DNA of 64,000 nucleotides from Macrostomum lignano (lineage: Eukaryota). A program made the position numbers and the translations under genes. The stretch is from assembly GCA_002269645.1 (NCBI GenBank), contig NIVC01001892.1, positions 1 to 64,000 on the forward strand. The letters are read 5' to 3'. Shown piece after piece: positions 49,101 to 60,973 of the stretch (positions are counted from its first letter, which is position 1; every line of letters starts with the position of its first letter). The notes under the pieces were generated by a model, which saw only the letters and a list, made by a program, of their open reading frames with translations, searched no databases and was not told the origin of the DNA.

Positions 49101-50690
49101 GGGCCATTCCATATAATTATGGTTGTAACATGACAGAATATTTTTACTTATAAAATGAAATCTAATCATATAATATACTAAACTAATATTTTGAATAAAA
49201 TATTATTTTGTCAAGAATATGTTTATATAGTTTCATATAGATATCATCAATAGTATAGATGCTATTAAACCTTGAATGGCACTTATGGTCGTAACAACAG
49301 GATTTTTGACATATAGAAACTAAAAGGTAAAAGTCTTATAAAATTTTTCATTTTTGATATTTTGCAATACATTTTTTAAATTTGACTAAGAACATCTTAA
49401 GAAATGATACTCTTTTATTAGAATATGTAAACTCATAAAGGCAACAAAGATACAAAAGAAAAGGCAGCCTTATGGTCGTAACATTATGGTTGTAACATAT
49501 TTTTTCTGTCAATTTAGTAACTTTGAGTTACCAATATATTAAAAATTTTATAGATTATATAGTTGCTAATGTTTTTATCTGATAATGCAAATACTATAAT
49601 TTTATCTATACTTTGTTTCAACCTTTCAAAGCTTTTCATTTGTTTTCAAGAGGTACACAAAGTTAATGATGTCTTTTGCTTGGAAAAATGTTCAAATATT
49701 TACAAAAATGGCTTTTTGCCAATTGATAACATACTAATCCAACATTTTATCATTCATTTATTCTTAGATTGTATATATTACACATAAAAAACATTAGGCA
49801 AAAAAATGCCATTTAAGGCAATGGCAAGTAAAAATATTGGCTCATTCCATATAAGATGGACATTTTTGGAAAATAGAAAAAAGTCAATATTTTTGCTTGC
49901 CATTGCCTTATCAGCCAATTTTTTTACCAAATGTTTTTTATGTGTAATATCTACAATCTAAGAATAAATGAATGATAAAATGTTAGATTAGTATGCTATC
50001 AAGTGGCAAAAAGTCATTTTTGTAAAAATTTAGACATTTTTCTAAGCAAAAGACATCATTAAGTTTGTGTACCTTTTAAAAACAAATAGAAAGCTTTGGA
50101 AGGTTGAAACAAACTATAGATAAAAGTATAGTACTTGCATCATCAGATAAAAGTATTGGTGACCAAATAATCTATTATATTTTTAATATATTGGTACCTC
50201 AAAGTTACTGAATTGACAGAAAAAAATATGTTACGACCATAATGTTACGACCATAAGGCTGCCTTTTCTTTTGTATCTTTGTTGCCTTTTTGAGTTTATA
50301 TATTCTACAAAAAGAGTATGATTACTAAAGATGTTCTTAGTCAAATTTTAAAAAATGTATTGCAAAATATCAAAAATAAAAATGTTATAAGACTTTTACC
50401 TTTTAGTTTCTATATGTCAAAAATCCTGTTGTTACGACCATAAGTGCCATTCAAGGTTTAATAGCATCTATACTAATGATGATATCTACATGAAACTCTA
50501 TAAAAATATTTTTGACAAAATTATCTTTCATTTAAAATATTAATTTAGTATATTCTATTATTATATTTCATTTTATAAGTAAAAATAGCCTGTCATGTTG
50601 CGACCATGCTTATATGGAATGAGCCTATTGACTTTTTTCTATTTTCCAATTTTTATTTTCTATCTTATATGGAATGAGCCGGCTACTAAA
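49101..50690. mobile_element. Long imperfect inverted repeat (foldback-like element), arms about 735 bp
   Basis: 49104-49838 is the imperfect reverse complement of about 49886-50622. Terminal motif GG(C/G)(T/C)CATTCCATATAA at 49101 and 49839, and inverted near 50610-50625 and 50674-50690. No ORF. Confidence 0.8.
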
Positions 50691-50805
50691 ATTTACAACA
50701 TCATACTAGCCAAACTTTTTTGTAGAAATCAGGAACAAAAAAGATTTATACTTGATGTAAGGCTAACTTCTGTCCCTTAGAATAATCTTATCAATGTTGT
50801 AATAG

Positions 50806-52003
50806 TGTAATATATCTGCAGATCTAATTTAAAGTAAACAATTTCATATTTACTTTATATCTACTGTATTTTATTATAATATCTGTATTGTATTTATCTT
50901 TACTGTACTCTTTACTGTATGTATTTATATAATTTTGCATAATTGTTTTATAATGTAGTTTTTTTTATTGCTCAATATTAACTAATATATAATAAATTGT
51001 CACATTGCTTATAAGAGTTTGCCATTCTGATTTGGCACTTTTAGCTGAGAATTCAAAGCAGGCTCCTGGGTATTCATTTCTTTACAATGGCAACCATACC
51101 AGGACTCGAATTCCATGAAGGACTCTGCTGGGCACTGGATCTACTGATCGACTGCAAATGTATATATTACAATTAAGTTAAAGCCAATCAACAGTGCACA
51201 CCCAGCTAGCTGACATCAGCCTGGCCAATCAAATTGCAGGTGCAGATAATTTTGCTGTTCTGAAGTCCAGAAGCTGCATCTTCCCATTTCTATGCTGTGT
51301 TGAATGATTTTAATGTAATTGCACCTAATTTGTACCTACTGTAATTCTTCATATGTCACTTTATACTATATTTTGGCAATTGCCATGATGTACTTTACTT
51401 TTCAAATAACTTTTCAATGTTGTAAGTACTATATTTTGTGTTTTGTAAAGTTTCACCTAATGGCAGTGCATCACAAAAGTGGTTTTTGATTGCTTAACTG
51501 GCTTCTCTTTTTGTACCAGACCATTGTTCTTTTAATGTGTTCTGTCTTCTCATTGTGAATATCTAGTTGGGAATGCAAGTTCCAATATTCCTTTCTTCAA
51601 ATTTTGCATTTATTGTAGCATGTACTGTATATTTAATATAATTATGTTCTTTACTTTGTATTCAACTCTTGTACTTTTATTGACAATGTGGACATTATCT
51701 TTTCTAAGAGGAGGATAATGTAATATATCTGCGAATCTAATTTAAAAGTAAACAATTTCATATTTAGTTTATATCTGCTGTATTTGTATTATAATATCTA
51801 TATTGTATTTATCTTTTACTGTACTCTTTACTGTATGTATTTATATAATTTTGCATAATTGTTTTATAATGTAGTTTGTTTTATTGTTCAATATTAACTA
51901 ATATATAATAAATTGTCACATTGCTTATAAGATTTTGCTGCTCTGATTTGGCACTTTTGGCTAAGAATTCAAAACAGGCTCCTTGGTATTCAATTCTTTA
52001 CAA
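50806..52003. repeat. Dispersed direct repeat of about 285 bp (50806-51087 and 51717-52003)
   Basis: gtaatatatctgc...tctaattt...aattgtcacattgcttataaga...ctttacaat occurs twice with scattered substitutions. Confidence 0.9.
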
Positions 52004-54002
52004 TAGTGCCAATTTCTCTCACTAATAAATGTCCTAAAGCTGTCACCAAGTTGTGCTAGGGTAATACCTATATTCTCCTATTGATAGTTTATAATGTACT
52101 TTTGCATGTACTTTTACTTATTTCTATTTGGTAGCGTATCTACTTGTCTTCTGTACTGGTAGTATATATGGATCTATTGGTAGCATTTGTACATGTACTC
52201 TTGGTCTGAGCAGTCTTGGCAATGTATGTTCCTATTACTTATTCCTATATTCTCTTCCAGTCTTGGACATTCCCTAGATCAGAGGGTCACAGCCTTTCTG
52301 CAATTTTCTTGCCCTGAAGCAATTTTTCTGCCCTGAGGCAATTTCTTTGCTCTGAGGTGATTCTCACTTCCAATGGATTTCTGATATTCTAATGGAAATG
52401 ACTAAGTCTTTCAAACACTGTAAATACTTGTAGCAATTTAAGAAGACTAAATTGATTGTACTCGCAAGACTTGTGGAAGAAGAGGCAACAGACGAAATTG
52501 TCTAAGCTCAGAGCTGCTTGAGTTGCTCAAAAGTTGATTTTCTTGGCCCCTCATTGGCCTTCTATTTATATTGCTTGCACAATATATTTAAAACAAAATT
52601 TTATTTTGTAAACTGTTAATTGCTGTCACAGCATTTAAACAAAAAGTATACTAATTTCATTTTTGCATAAATTCAAATATGGTATTTTCAAAGCATACTA
52701 AATCATACTATTACTGATCCCTTTCTACCTATACTAAATCTCTAATCTAATAATTATATATACTAAATTCTTAGAATGAAACTCTATAATCCTAGGCCTA
52801 GTTTGAAAGCTTAGTGTCAAGTCAGTTTATGTTGATGCTAATAAGAATCCACTTGCAAAGCATCTTGGTAAGTAATAATTGACTGACCAACTTCACAAGC
52901 AAGCAAACAAGAAAAAATGTGGCAAGTTAAAACCTTACAATTGTGATTACAAATTTCTAAGAAGCAGACATCAAAATTCTACAAGCAAAGTTTGGCAAGC
53001 AATGTTTGGTATGCAAAGTTCAGCAAGCAGTTTGTTTGGCAAGCAGACTTCAGCAAGCAAACAATGTACTCCCATATCAAGAAAAGGAGTTGAATTAGAT
53101 CAAGAAAGGAAATAGAGTAGGCCTAAAGCCTATATGTAAATATATTGGTTGCATATTAAATTGGTTGATAATACTAATAGTCCAAAAAGTTTGTACAAAA
53201 AACTTGAAAAAATTGAAAATAAAATAAAAGTGTCTACAACAAAAGATAGAACACTTCAAAGAAAAAGGTGATAGGAGTGCAAACAAAAAATGATATTTTA
53301 ATTGAATGTGATAGTGCTTTTTGAAATAAATTAAATACCAGAACTTTATATAGCCTAATTGCAAATCTTTCTAAAAGAATAATAGATACAACACTATAAT
53401 AATAAAGGAATATAATAAGTTATTTTGTTATAATATTCATGTCAAATAAAAAAATGGAAAATGTTTTTTGGCAGCTCAAAAGTAAGGTTGCATAATTTTG
53501 AAATTTTGTTTGGCATAATTGGCATACACTAAAAAAAACTCTGTTGTACACTAGATACCTTCTTGACAATGGAGAGCAATGCCATTTCTGTGTTTTATCT
53601 TTAAAAATTGAAAAACTAAAACCATTGGCATTGCTAATACCAATATGTTCAATTGGATGTTAAAGGTTAGAAGACTAAGTTTTAATATACAAAAATTTTC
53701 ATCTAAACTTTTAAACATAGGTGCCAAATAGTAAGTCTATCTGAATAAATATCTAAATATAAATAGGCAAGGTCACAATGAAATATTTTAATATCAAATG
53801 CACTTTGATTTTTTTGAAGCCTATTCGTCATGCATTGTTTTGATAATGGTACAGTTGTATTTCGTCAAATGAAAATTTTTATATGGCTTTCTATAAATAA
53901 AAAGCATCAGATTAATAATTGAATATTCTTTTGTTTTTATAATCTATTTTAATTTCTTATTGCATGGCAAGAGCCTAATATTCAGCAGCCTGGGTGCACA
54001 CA

Positions 54003-54161
54003 ATGACCTCTGCAGCTAATAGCAGTTCCAATGGTGATGTCAGTGGCTCCCAGCAGCCAGACTGTGCAGCTGATCTGAATGAATTGCTGAAGCCCATTGC
54101 TAATCTGCCTCCAGAGGACCAGCTGACTGCGTTGATTGATTCTGGCCTGACAGAGAGTGAG
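54003..54161 (+). CDS. Inositol-trisphosphate 3-kinase, first identified exon (may be internal)
   Basis: ATG at 54003 and donor GTGATT at 54162, phase 0, matching the next acceptor. An upstream AG at 53984-85 leaves open that the exon starts earlier. Confidence 0.55.
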
Positions 54162-54204
54162 GTGATTTTCTTTAGTGTTGTAAATTGCCTGCATGTACTA
54201 AAAT

Positions 54205-54800
54205 ACTATCCCCACCCTTATTTATCCCATATGCCCATTAACCCCCACCCTTATTTATCCCATTCTCCCCATTATCCTCACCCCCAACCCTTATTTATCC
54301 CAATTCCCCATTATCCCCACCCTTATTTATCCCATATGCCCATTAACCCCCACCCTTATTTATCCCATTCTCCCCATTATCCTCATCCCCAACCCTTATT
54401 TATCCCAATTCCCCATTATCCCCAACCCTTATTTATCCCACTTCCCCATTATCCCAACCCTTATTTATCCCAATTCCCCATTATCCCCAACCCTTATTTA
54501 TCCCAATTCCCCATTATCCCCAACCCTTATTTATCCCAATTCCCCATTATCCCCAACCCTTATTTATCCCAATTCCCCATTATCCCCAACCCTTATTTAT
54601 CCCAATTCCCCATTATCCCCAACCCTTATTTATCCCAATTCCCCATTATCCCCAACCCTTATTTATCCCACTTCCCCATTATCCCAGCCCTATTTATCCC
54701 ACCACCATTATCCCCAACCCTTATTTACGAGTATCCCAATTCCCTATTTATTCCCATTCCTTATTTATCCCACACCCCAGCCCTATCTATCCCATTCTCT
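54205..54800. repeat. C-rich ~33-bp minisatellite (atcccaattccccattatccccaacccttattt), IP3K intron
   Basis: Homogeneous at about 54420-54670, degenerate on both sides. Confidence 0.9.
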
Positions 54801-54851
54801 ATTTCTCCTCAGCCTCTATCTATCTCATTGCCCACCCGTTCCCCCTTTCAG

Positions 54852-55227
54852 GCGCTGAATTCGTGGAAGCAGTTGCACAGCGCGCCAGAGCTGACGGCGC
54901 CATTCGTGCAGCGCGCCGAAACCCCGGACGGCGGGCAGGAGCTGTACCCCTGGGTGCAGCTGTCCGGCCACAGGGAGAATTTCCGGCCCGGCCTGCGTCC
55001 CGGCACGGTGCTGAAGCTGCTGTGCCCCTGCGAGGCCGACTGCCTCCGCCAGCTGACCGCCGATCCCCTGCTGGGCGAGTTCGTGCCCCGCTACTTTGGC
55101 ACCGTGCGGCTGGAGGACGGCACCGAGTTCCTGGAGATGCAGGACCTGCTGGCCGAGTTCCCCGGCTGCACGGGCCTCATGGACTGCAAGATGGGCTCCA
55201 GGACTTACCTGGAGTCTGAGCTGGACA
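54852..55227 (+). CDS. ITPK: Inositol-trisphosphate 3-kinase, exon 2
   Basis: Acceptor ctttcAG at 54850-51. Motifs YPWVQLSGH..F, FLEMQDLL, DCKMGSRTY. Donor GTTCGT at 55228, phase 1. Confidence 0.88.
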
Positions 55228-55309
55228 GTTCGTATTTCACTGCTGGTGCTCCACTGCTCACATCCTATCTCCTCCGTTTTCTCACTCCTTCTTGTTTCAC
55301 CCTTCCCCC

Positions 55310-55990
55310 ATATCTAATCTCACCCCATATCCAATCTCACCCTCCTCATATCCAATCTCACCCTCCTCATATTCAATCACACCTTCCTCATATCCAGTCT
55401 CACCTTCCTCATATCCAGTCTCACCCTCCCTATATTCAATCACACCCTCCCCATATCCAATCACACCCTACCCATATCCAATCTCACCCTCCCTATATTC
55501 AATCTCACCCTACCCATATCCAATCTCACCCTTCCCATATCCAATCACACCCTCCCCATATCCAATCACACCCTACCCATATCCAATCACACCCTCCCCA
55601 TATTCAATCTCACCTTCCCTATATTCAATCTCACCCTTCCCCATATCTAATCTCACCCTCCCTATATTCAATCTCACCCTACCCATATCCAATCTCACCC
55701 TTCCCATATCCAATCACACCCTCCCCATATCCAATCACACCCTACCCATATCCAATCTCACCCTCCCTATGTTCAATCTCACCTTCCCTATATTCAATCT
55801 CACCCTTCCCCATATCTAATCTCACCCTCCCTATATTCAATCTCACCCTTCCCCATATCTAATCTCACCCTCCCTATATTCAATCTCACCCTTCCCCATA
55901 TCTAATCTTACCCTCCCTATATTCAATCTCACCCTTCCCCATGTCTAATCTCCCTCTCCCTATTTCCAATCACACCCTCTCCAGTCTCAC
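55310..55990. repeat. C-rich ~21-bp minisatellite (ccatatccaatctcaccctcc), IP3K intron
   Basis: Direct reading. Confidence 0.9.
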
Positions 55991-56051
55991 CCCACCCAGC
56001 GGTCTGATTGATTCCAACCAAAGGCTTCACCCACCCGCCCCCACCCGCCAG

Positions 56052-56404
56052 GCGACCCGAAGCCCCGGCGCGACCTGTACAACAAGATGGTGGAGGTGGA
56101 CGCGGACGCTCCAACAGCTGACGAGGCGGCCGCCCAGGCCGTGGCCAAGCCGCGCTACATGATGTGGCGGGAGCAGCTGTCCTCCACCGCCACCCTCGCC
56201 TTCCGCATCGACGGCCTTCAGCGGCTCATGGCCTCCGGCCGGACGCATCCGGTGGATTTGAAGCGGCTCCGCTCCCGGCCGGAGGTTTCGGACACGTTGG
56301 CCGGGTTCTTAGAGGGCCGGCTGGACTTGCGCGACGCCTATTTGGCCAGGCTGCGCAAACTGCGCGCCGCTCTGGCTCCGTCCGAGTTCTTTGCGCTGAG
56401 AGAG
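56052..56404 (+). CDS. ITPK: Inositol-trisphosphate 3-kinase, exon 3
   Basis: Acceptor cccgccAG at 56050-51, phase 1. PKPRRDLYNKMVEVD.DAPT.DE...V.KPRYMMWREQLSSTATLAFRIDG. Donor GTGCGG at 56405, phase 0. Confidence 0.9.
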
Positions 56405-56482
56405 GTGCGGCTCTTGGCTCTGTGCTGACATGCAGCTTTGTTGTGTACCTTTGATTAGCTAGATGTACATTTGCTTGTGCTA

Positions 56483-56791
56483 GGGGAGTTGTAGCCTAGT
56501 GGTCAGAGCGTCGGACTCACGACTGAAAGGTCGGGGTTCGATTCTCGACCCACTTGGAACAATTTGTGTCCTTAAGCGAGACACTTCACTCTGCATTACT
56601 TCAGTTCACCCAGCTGTAAAATGGGTGCCAGCATTGGCTGGGGTAATTGAGGCCGTGTGTGTGGCAACCCCCCAGTCCTTGGACTGAACAGCCGTACGCA
56701 GCTTTCAGATGCGCTGCGCAATAGCTGCGGCTGAGCTGTCGGTTGCACATCTGCCCATTAGGGCAGGTGTAATCAATAATCAATCAATCAA
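56483..56791 (+). mobile_element. tRNA-derived SINE, full length, with a CORE/MIR-like central domain
   Basis: A-box TAGCCTAGTGG at 56492 and B-box GGTTCGATTC at 56535. Centre gtgtccttaagcgagacactt...cttcagttcacccagctgtaaaatggg resembles the recalled MIR core. (TCAA)n tail. Confidence 0.88.
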
Positions 56792-57004
56792 TTGTAGCCT
56801 AGTACAATTATTATTATTGTACTAGGCTACTGGGTATGTACGTTTGGAGATTTATGCGATCTAGGTTTATGAATTCGTATGTACCGATATAATTATATAT
56901 TATTTATGTACTTTATTGTGTACTGTACGTACGATCGCATGTGGAATAGTTACGTATGTTTATATCTACAATACTCGTACGTTTATTTAGTCGCACGTAA
57001 AATA

Positions 57005-57560
57005 GAAATGTACATTCGCGTATACACTGGCTATGTACATTTACACTCTGAATGTACATTCGCGTATACACTGGTTATGTACATTTACACACACTCTGAA
57101 TGTACATTCGCGTGTACACTGGCTATGTACATTAGACACTCTGAATGTACATTCGCGTGTACACTGGCTATGTACATTAGACACTCTGAATGTACATTCG
57201 CGTGTACACCGGCTATGTACATTAGACACTCTGAATGTACATTCGCGTATACACTGGCTATGTACATTTACACTCTGAATGTACATTCGCGTGTACACTG
57301 GCTATGTACATTTACACTCTGAATGTACATTCGCGTATACACTGGTTATGTACATTTACACACTCTGAATGTACATTCGCGTGTACACTGGCTATGTACA
57401 TTAGACACTCTGAATGTACATTCGCGTGTACACTGGCTATGTACATTAGACACTCTGAATGTACATTCGCGTGTACACCGGCTATGTACATTAGACACTC
57501 TGAATGTACATTCGCGTGTACACTGGCTATGTACATTTACACTCTGAATGTACATTCGCG
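57005..57560. repeat. 45-bp minisatellite (tacattcgcgtgtacactggctatgtacattagacactctgaatg), IP3K intron
   Basis: About 12 copies, with internal palindromes tgtaca and gtgtacac. Confidence 0.93.
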
Positions 57561-57596
57561 TGCTGCACAGTCCGCATTGTCCGCACCTGTCCGCAG

Positions 57597-57812
57597 TTCA
57601 TCGGCTCCTCCCTGCTGTTCGTGCACGACCAGAGCCCCGGCCACGCCTGCGTGTGGATGATCGACTTCGGCAAGATTCGCCTGGCGCCCGGCCGGCTGAG
57701 CCACACGGCTGACTGGCTGCATGGCAACCATGAGGACGGCTACCTGACCGGGCTGGACAATCTGATCGGCCTGTTTGAGGACATGCAGTTTCCACCCTCC
57801 GAGCCGCAGTAG
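57597..57812 (+). CDS. ITPK: Inositol-trisphosphate 3-kinase, last exon
   Basis: Acceptor gtccgcAG at 57595-96, phase 0. [33 protein letters not shown]. Stop TAG. Confidence 0.92.
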   Translation, partial: FIGSSLLFVHDQSPGHACVWMIDFGKIRLAPGRLSHTADWLHGNHEDGYLTGLDNLIGLFEDMQFPPSEPQ

Positions 57813-58562
57813 CAGCGCTAACTAATTAGTTAGAGTTCTAACCATACCCCTGTTAAACTACTGCTGCTAGTTGAGTAGCTTTAAAGGACATTCCTATAAT
57901 AAATTCCCAAAGTCCTACAGTAGCTGTACTGGCGCCCAGGAATGTTAAAATTTACAAGTTGTCCATCCGGCACAGCTTTGAGAAACACTTTGCAAAATCT
58001 CATTTTACAGGGAAGTTAACCATTTTTATAAAATTTCTGCATTCTTTCTTATAAAATTTGTTTTGCAGCCTATGCGATTGTTATTAGACTACTGATTATG
58101 ATTCTTGTGAGTAGCAGTGCGCGCATATTAGCTGTATAATTTTGAGCGCTTTTAACTTTCTGAAATAGACATTCTTTAGAGTTTCAATGTGAGCGAGAAC
58201 TGTTTTGATTGAGTAACCTGTGGGTTTTTGTGCAAATAAATTTACTGCATAATCAATATTTTATTTATTTTCTTTTCTTTGTGCCGTCTTTTTCTAAGCA
58301 ATAATTGTTCTGTTCTGTCCCGTGTTATTTCAGCTATTCCACATCGTGCGTTAATTATGCAAGTTGTTTTCAATTGTTGCATCCTGTTGTGTGCTAGCGA
58401 GCGTTATTTACTCCTTTTCAGTAGCTCTGCTCCTTTTGAGCTGCAATTCTGCAATAATCCCAGATTTTGCTGATCCCTGATCCCTGAAGCATGCTGATGT
58501 AGTTTTGTTTTTGAGTGCGACTCTTCACTGCTAGAGTTAGTAGCTTCAGAGCTTGGGCTACC

Positions 58563-58828
58563 GCCAGCCTCCCAGATTCTCAGTTGCTGGTCCAGCCTCC
58601 CAGATCCCCAGTTGCTGGGCCAGCCTCCCAGATCCTCAGTTGCTGGGTTGGCCTCCCAGATCCTCAGTTACTGGGCCAGCCTCCCAGATCCTCAGTTGCT
58701 GGGCCGGCCTCCCAGATCCTCAGTTGCTGGGCCGGCCTCCCAGATCCTCAGTTGCTGGACCAGCCTCCCAGATCCTCAGTTGCTGGACCAGCCTCCCAGA
58801 TCCTCAGTTGCTGGGCCAGCCTCCCAGG
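58563..58828. repeat. 28-bp minisatellite (cagcctcccagatcctcagttgctgggc)
   Basis: About 9 copies. Confidence 0.92.
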
Positions 58829-59208
58829 TGTTCCATTGACAGGAATAAATGATTACTATTAAAAAGTAGTTCCAATTTCTTGTCTCAGACTAAAAGAATC
58901 GCTTTTAATTTTCAAATGCCGCGCAATGTCCCCGTGTTGCAAAAACTCAGTTTCGTCTCCACTGTGTCTTGAACTTCTTGAGCTGCCCATTTTTTCTGTT
59001 ATTTTTCCTTTCGTCTGTCTTTGAAAATACTTCTGAAACTTGAATGCGAGTGCTAATTAGATGGCTGGATTGCCTGCTCAGCTCGCCGTGTGCTCGGCTC
59101 TTCGCTTGCCAGCATTGGGGCAACTTTTGCAGCAGGCTTTTAAACTAAACAGACTTAAGAAACTGCTGTTGTTTGACTTGGACTGAGTTTAGAAATGTAG
59201 ATGAAATC

Positions 59209-59855
59209 ATAATCACCCCTAATCTAACCTGATAATCACCCCTAATCTTACCTGATAATCACCCCTAATCTAACCTGATAATCACCCCTAATCTAACCTG
59301 ATAATCACCCCTAATCTAACCTGATAATCACCCCTAATCTAACCTGATAATCACCCCTAATCTAACCTAATAATCACCCCTAATCTCCTGATAATCACCC
59401 CTAATCTAACCTAATAATCACCCCTAATCTCACCTGATAATCACCCCTAATCTTACCTGATAATCACCCCTAATCTAACCTGATAATCAGCCCTAATCTC
59501 ACCTGATAATCACCCCTAATCTAACCTGATAATCACCCCTAATCTTACCTGATAATCACCCCTAATCTAACCTGATAATCACCCCTAATCTAACCTAATA
59601 ATCACCCCTAATCTCCTGATAATCAGCCCTAATCTCACCTGATAATCAGCCCTAATCTCACCTGATAATCAGCCCTAATCTCACCGGATAATCACCTCTG
59701 ATCTCACCTGATAATGGCCTCTAATCTCACCTGATAATCAGCCCTAATCTCACCTGATAATCACCCCTAATCTCACCGGATAATCACCTCTGATCTCACC
59801 TGATAGTCACCTCTAATCTCACCTGATAATGACCTCTAATCTCACCTGATAATCA
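59209..59855. repeat. 23-bp minisatellite (ataatcacccctaatctaacctg)
   Basis: About 28 copies, diverging rightwards. Contains CCCTAA. Confidence 0.93.
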
Positions 59856-60274
59856 TCCCTTCTCGCCAGCGACAGGCGCTCCTACTCGTAAGTCCGTCCT
59901 CAAGTGGAGTTTAACAAGACAGAAAGTACATTTAAAACTCATTTGGCAGCACTTGCAGAATTAAAGTACAAGTACAGAGAATGGTTACTTAATTTATTTG
60001 TTTGAAAGAAAATCTGCCTTTGGATTGCCATCATAATGCCGCTTGCACAAGTCGATGCGCAATTTTAGAGAAGCAACAAATATAGAAATTAAAAAAATTA
60101 GATTCGCAAAGTACAAAATTAGGCTTGTACACGCTGGTGTGCCATCAAAGCACCGTACGGTAAACAGAAAAAATCAAAACATTTTGGCGATGCTTCATAT
60201 TGCCTTCACTTAGGCATGCATTCTGTATCTTGAGATAAAGTTCGAAATTTCTTGCACAATGTCTGGGCAGGGGA

Positions 60275-60570
60275 CTACGGTGTGCTCAAAATTTCAGGGG
60301 AGAGAAACAGTGTGCTCAGAGTCTCAGGGGAGAAGCAGTGTGTGCTCAAAATCTCAGGGGAGAGAAGCAGTGTGTGCTCAGAGTCTCATGGAAGAGAAAT
60401 ATGGTGTGTTCAAAATCTCAGAGGAGGAAAATAGTGTGCTCAAAATCTCGGAGGAGAAACAGTGTGTGCTTAAAATTGCACGGGAGAGAAGCATGGTGTG
60501 CTCAAAATCTCAGGGGAGAGAAACAGTATGTGCTCAAAATCTCAGGGGAGACTGTGGTATGCTCAAGATC
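60275..60570. repeat. Degenerate ~30-bp tandem repeat (gtgtgctcaaaatctcaggggagagaagca)
   Basis: Recurrent tgctcaaaatctcagg / gagagaagcagtgtg. Confidence 0.8.
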
Positions 60571-60757
60571 TCAGGTAATTAGAAATATGGTGCCTCGGTG
60601 TCAAACCGATGCTGCTGTCATTTTTGTTACTCCAGTCAGTGAAAATTGCTTCACCGAAGCAACGGTAGACTCAACGAGTTCGATTAAAAGATAACAGTAG
60701 TACTACGCGTACATGTACTGTCTAAGGGGTTATCCGAGGTCACAGCAGCGCGCAGAC

Positions 60758-60973
60758 CTCGCTGTCCCGGTCCCGCTGGTTGCCCCGGCCGGCCGCCGAG
60801 TGGCTGAACTTCGAGGTGCCCGCTACCCGCCTCTCCGGCTCGTCCTTCTGCTTCTTTTTCTTGTGGTTTTTCTTCTTGGCCGTCTTCTGCTGCTTGTCTT
60901 CCGCTTGGCTTCTGCCAGTGGCCGAGCGTCGCTTGCTGGCTGCCTCATCCGAGTCGGAGGCTGCGGAGCTCAT
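60758..60973 (-). CDS. Possible first coding exon of an unassigned Lys-rich (nuclear) protein
   Basis: gcagccATG context; MSSAASDSDEAASKRR...KKKNHKKKKQKDE. Weak donor GTCTGC at 60757, phase 0. No downstream exon identified. Confidence 0.4.

Noticed and set aside
53994-55862. 622-aa single-exon kinase
   Set aside because: Reads through two repeat-filled introns; kinase motifs only line up after splicing four exons.
56483-56555. tRNA gene
   Set aside because: A and B boxes are present but the acceptor and anticodon stems are broken, and the sequence continues into a repeated body and tail, so it is a SINE head.
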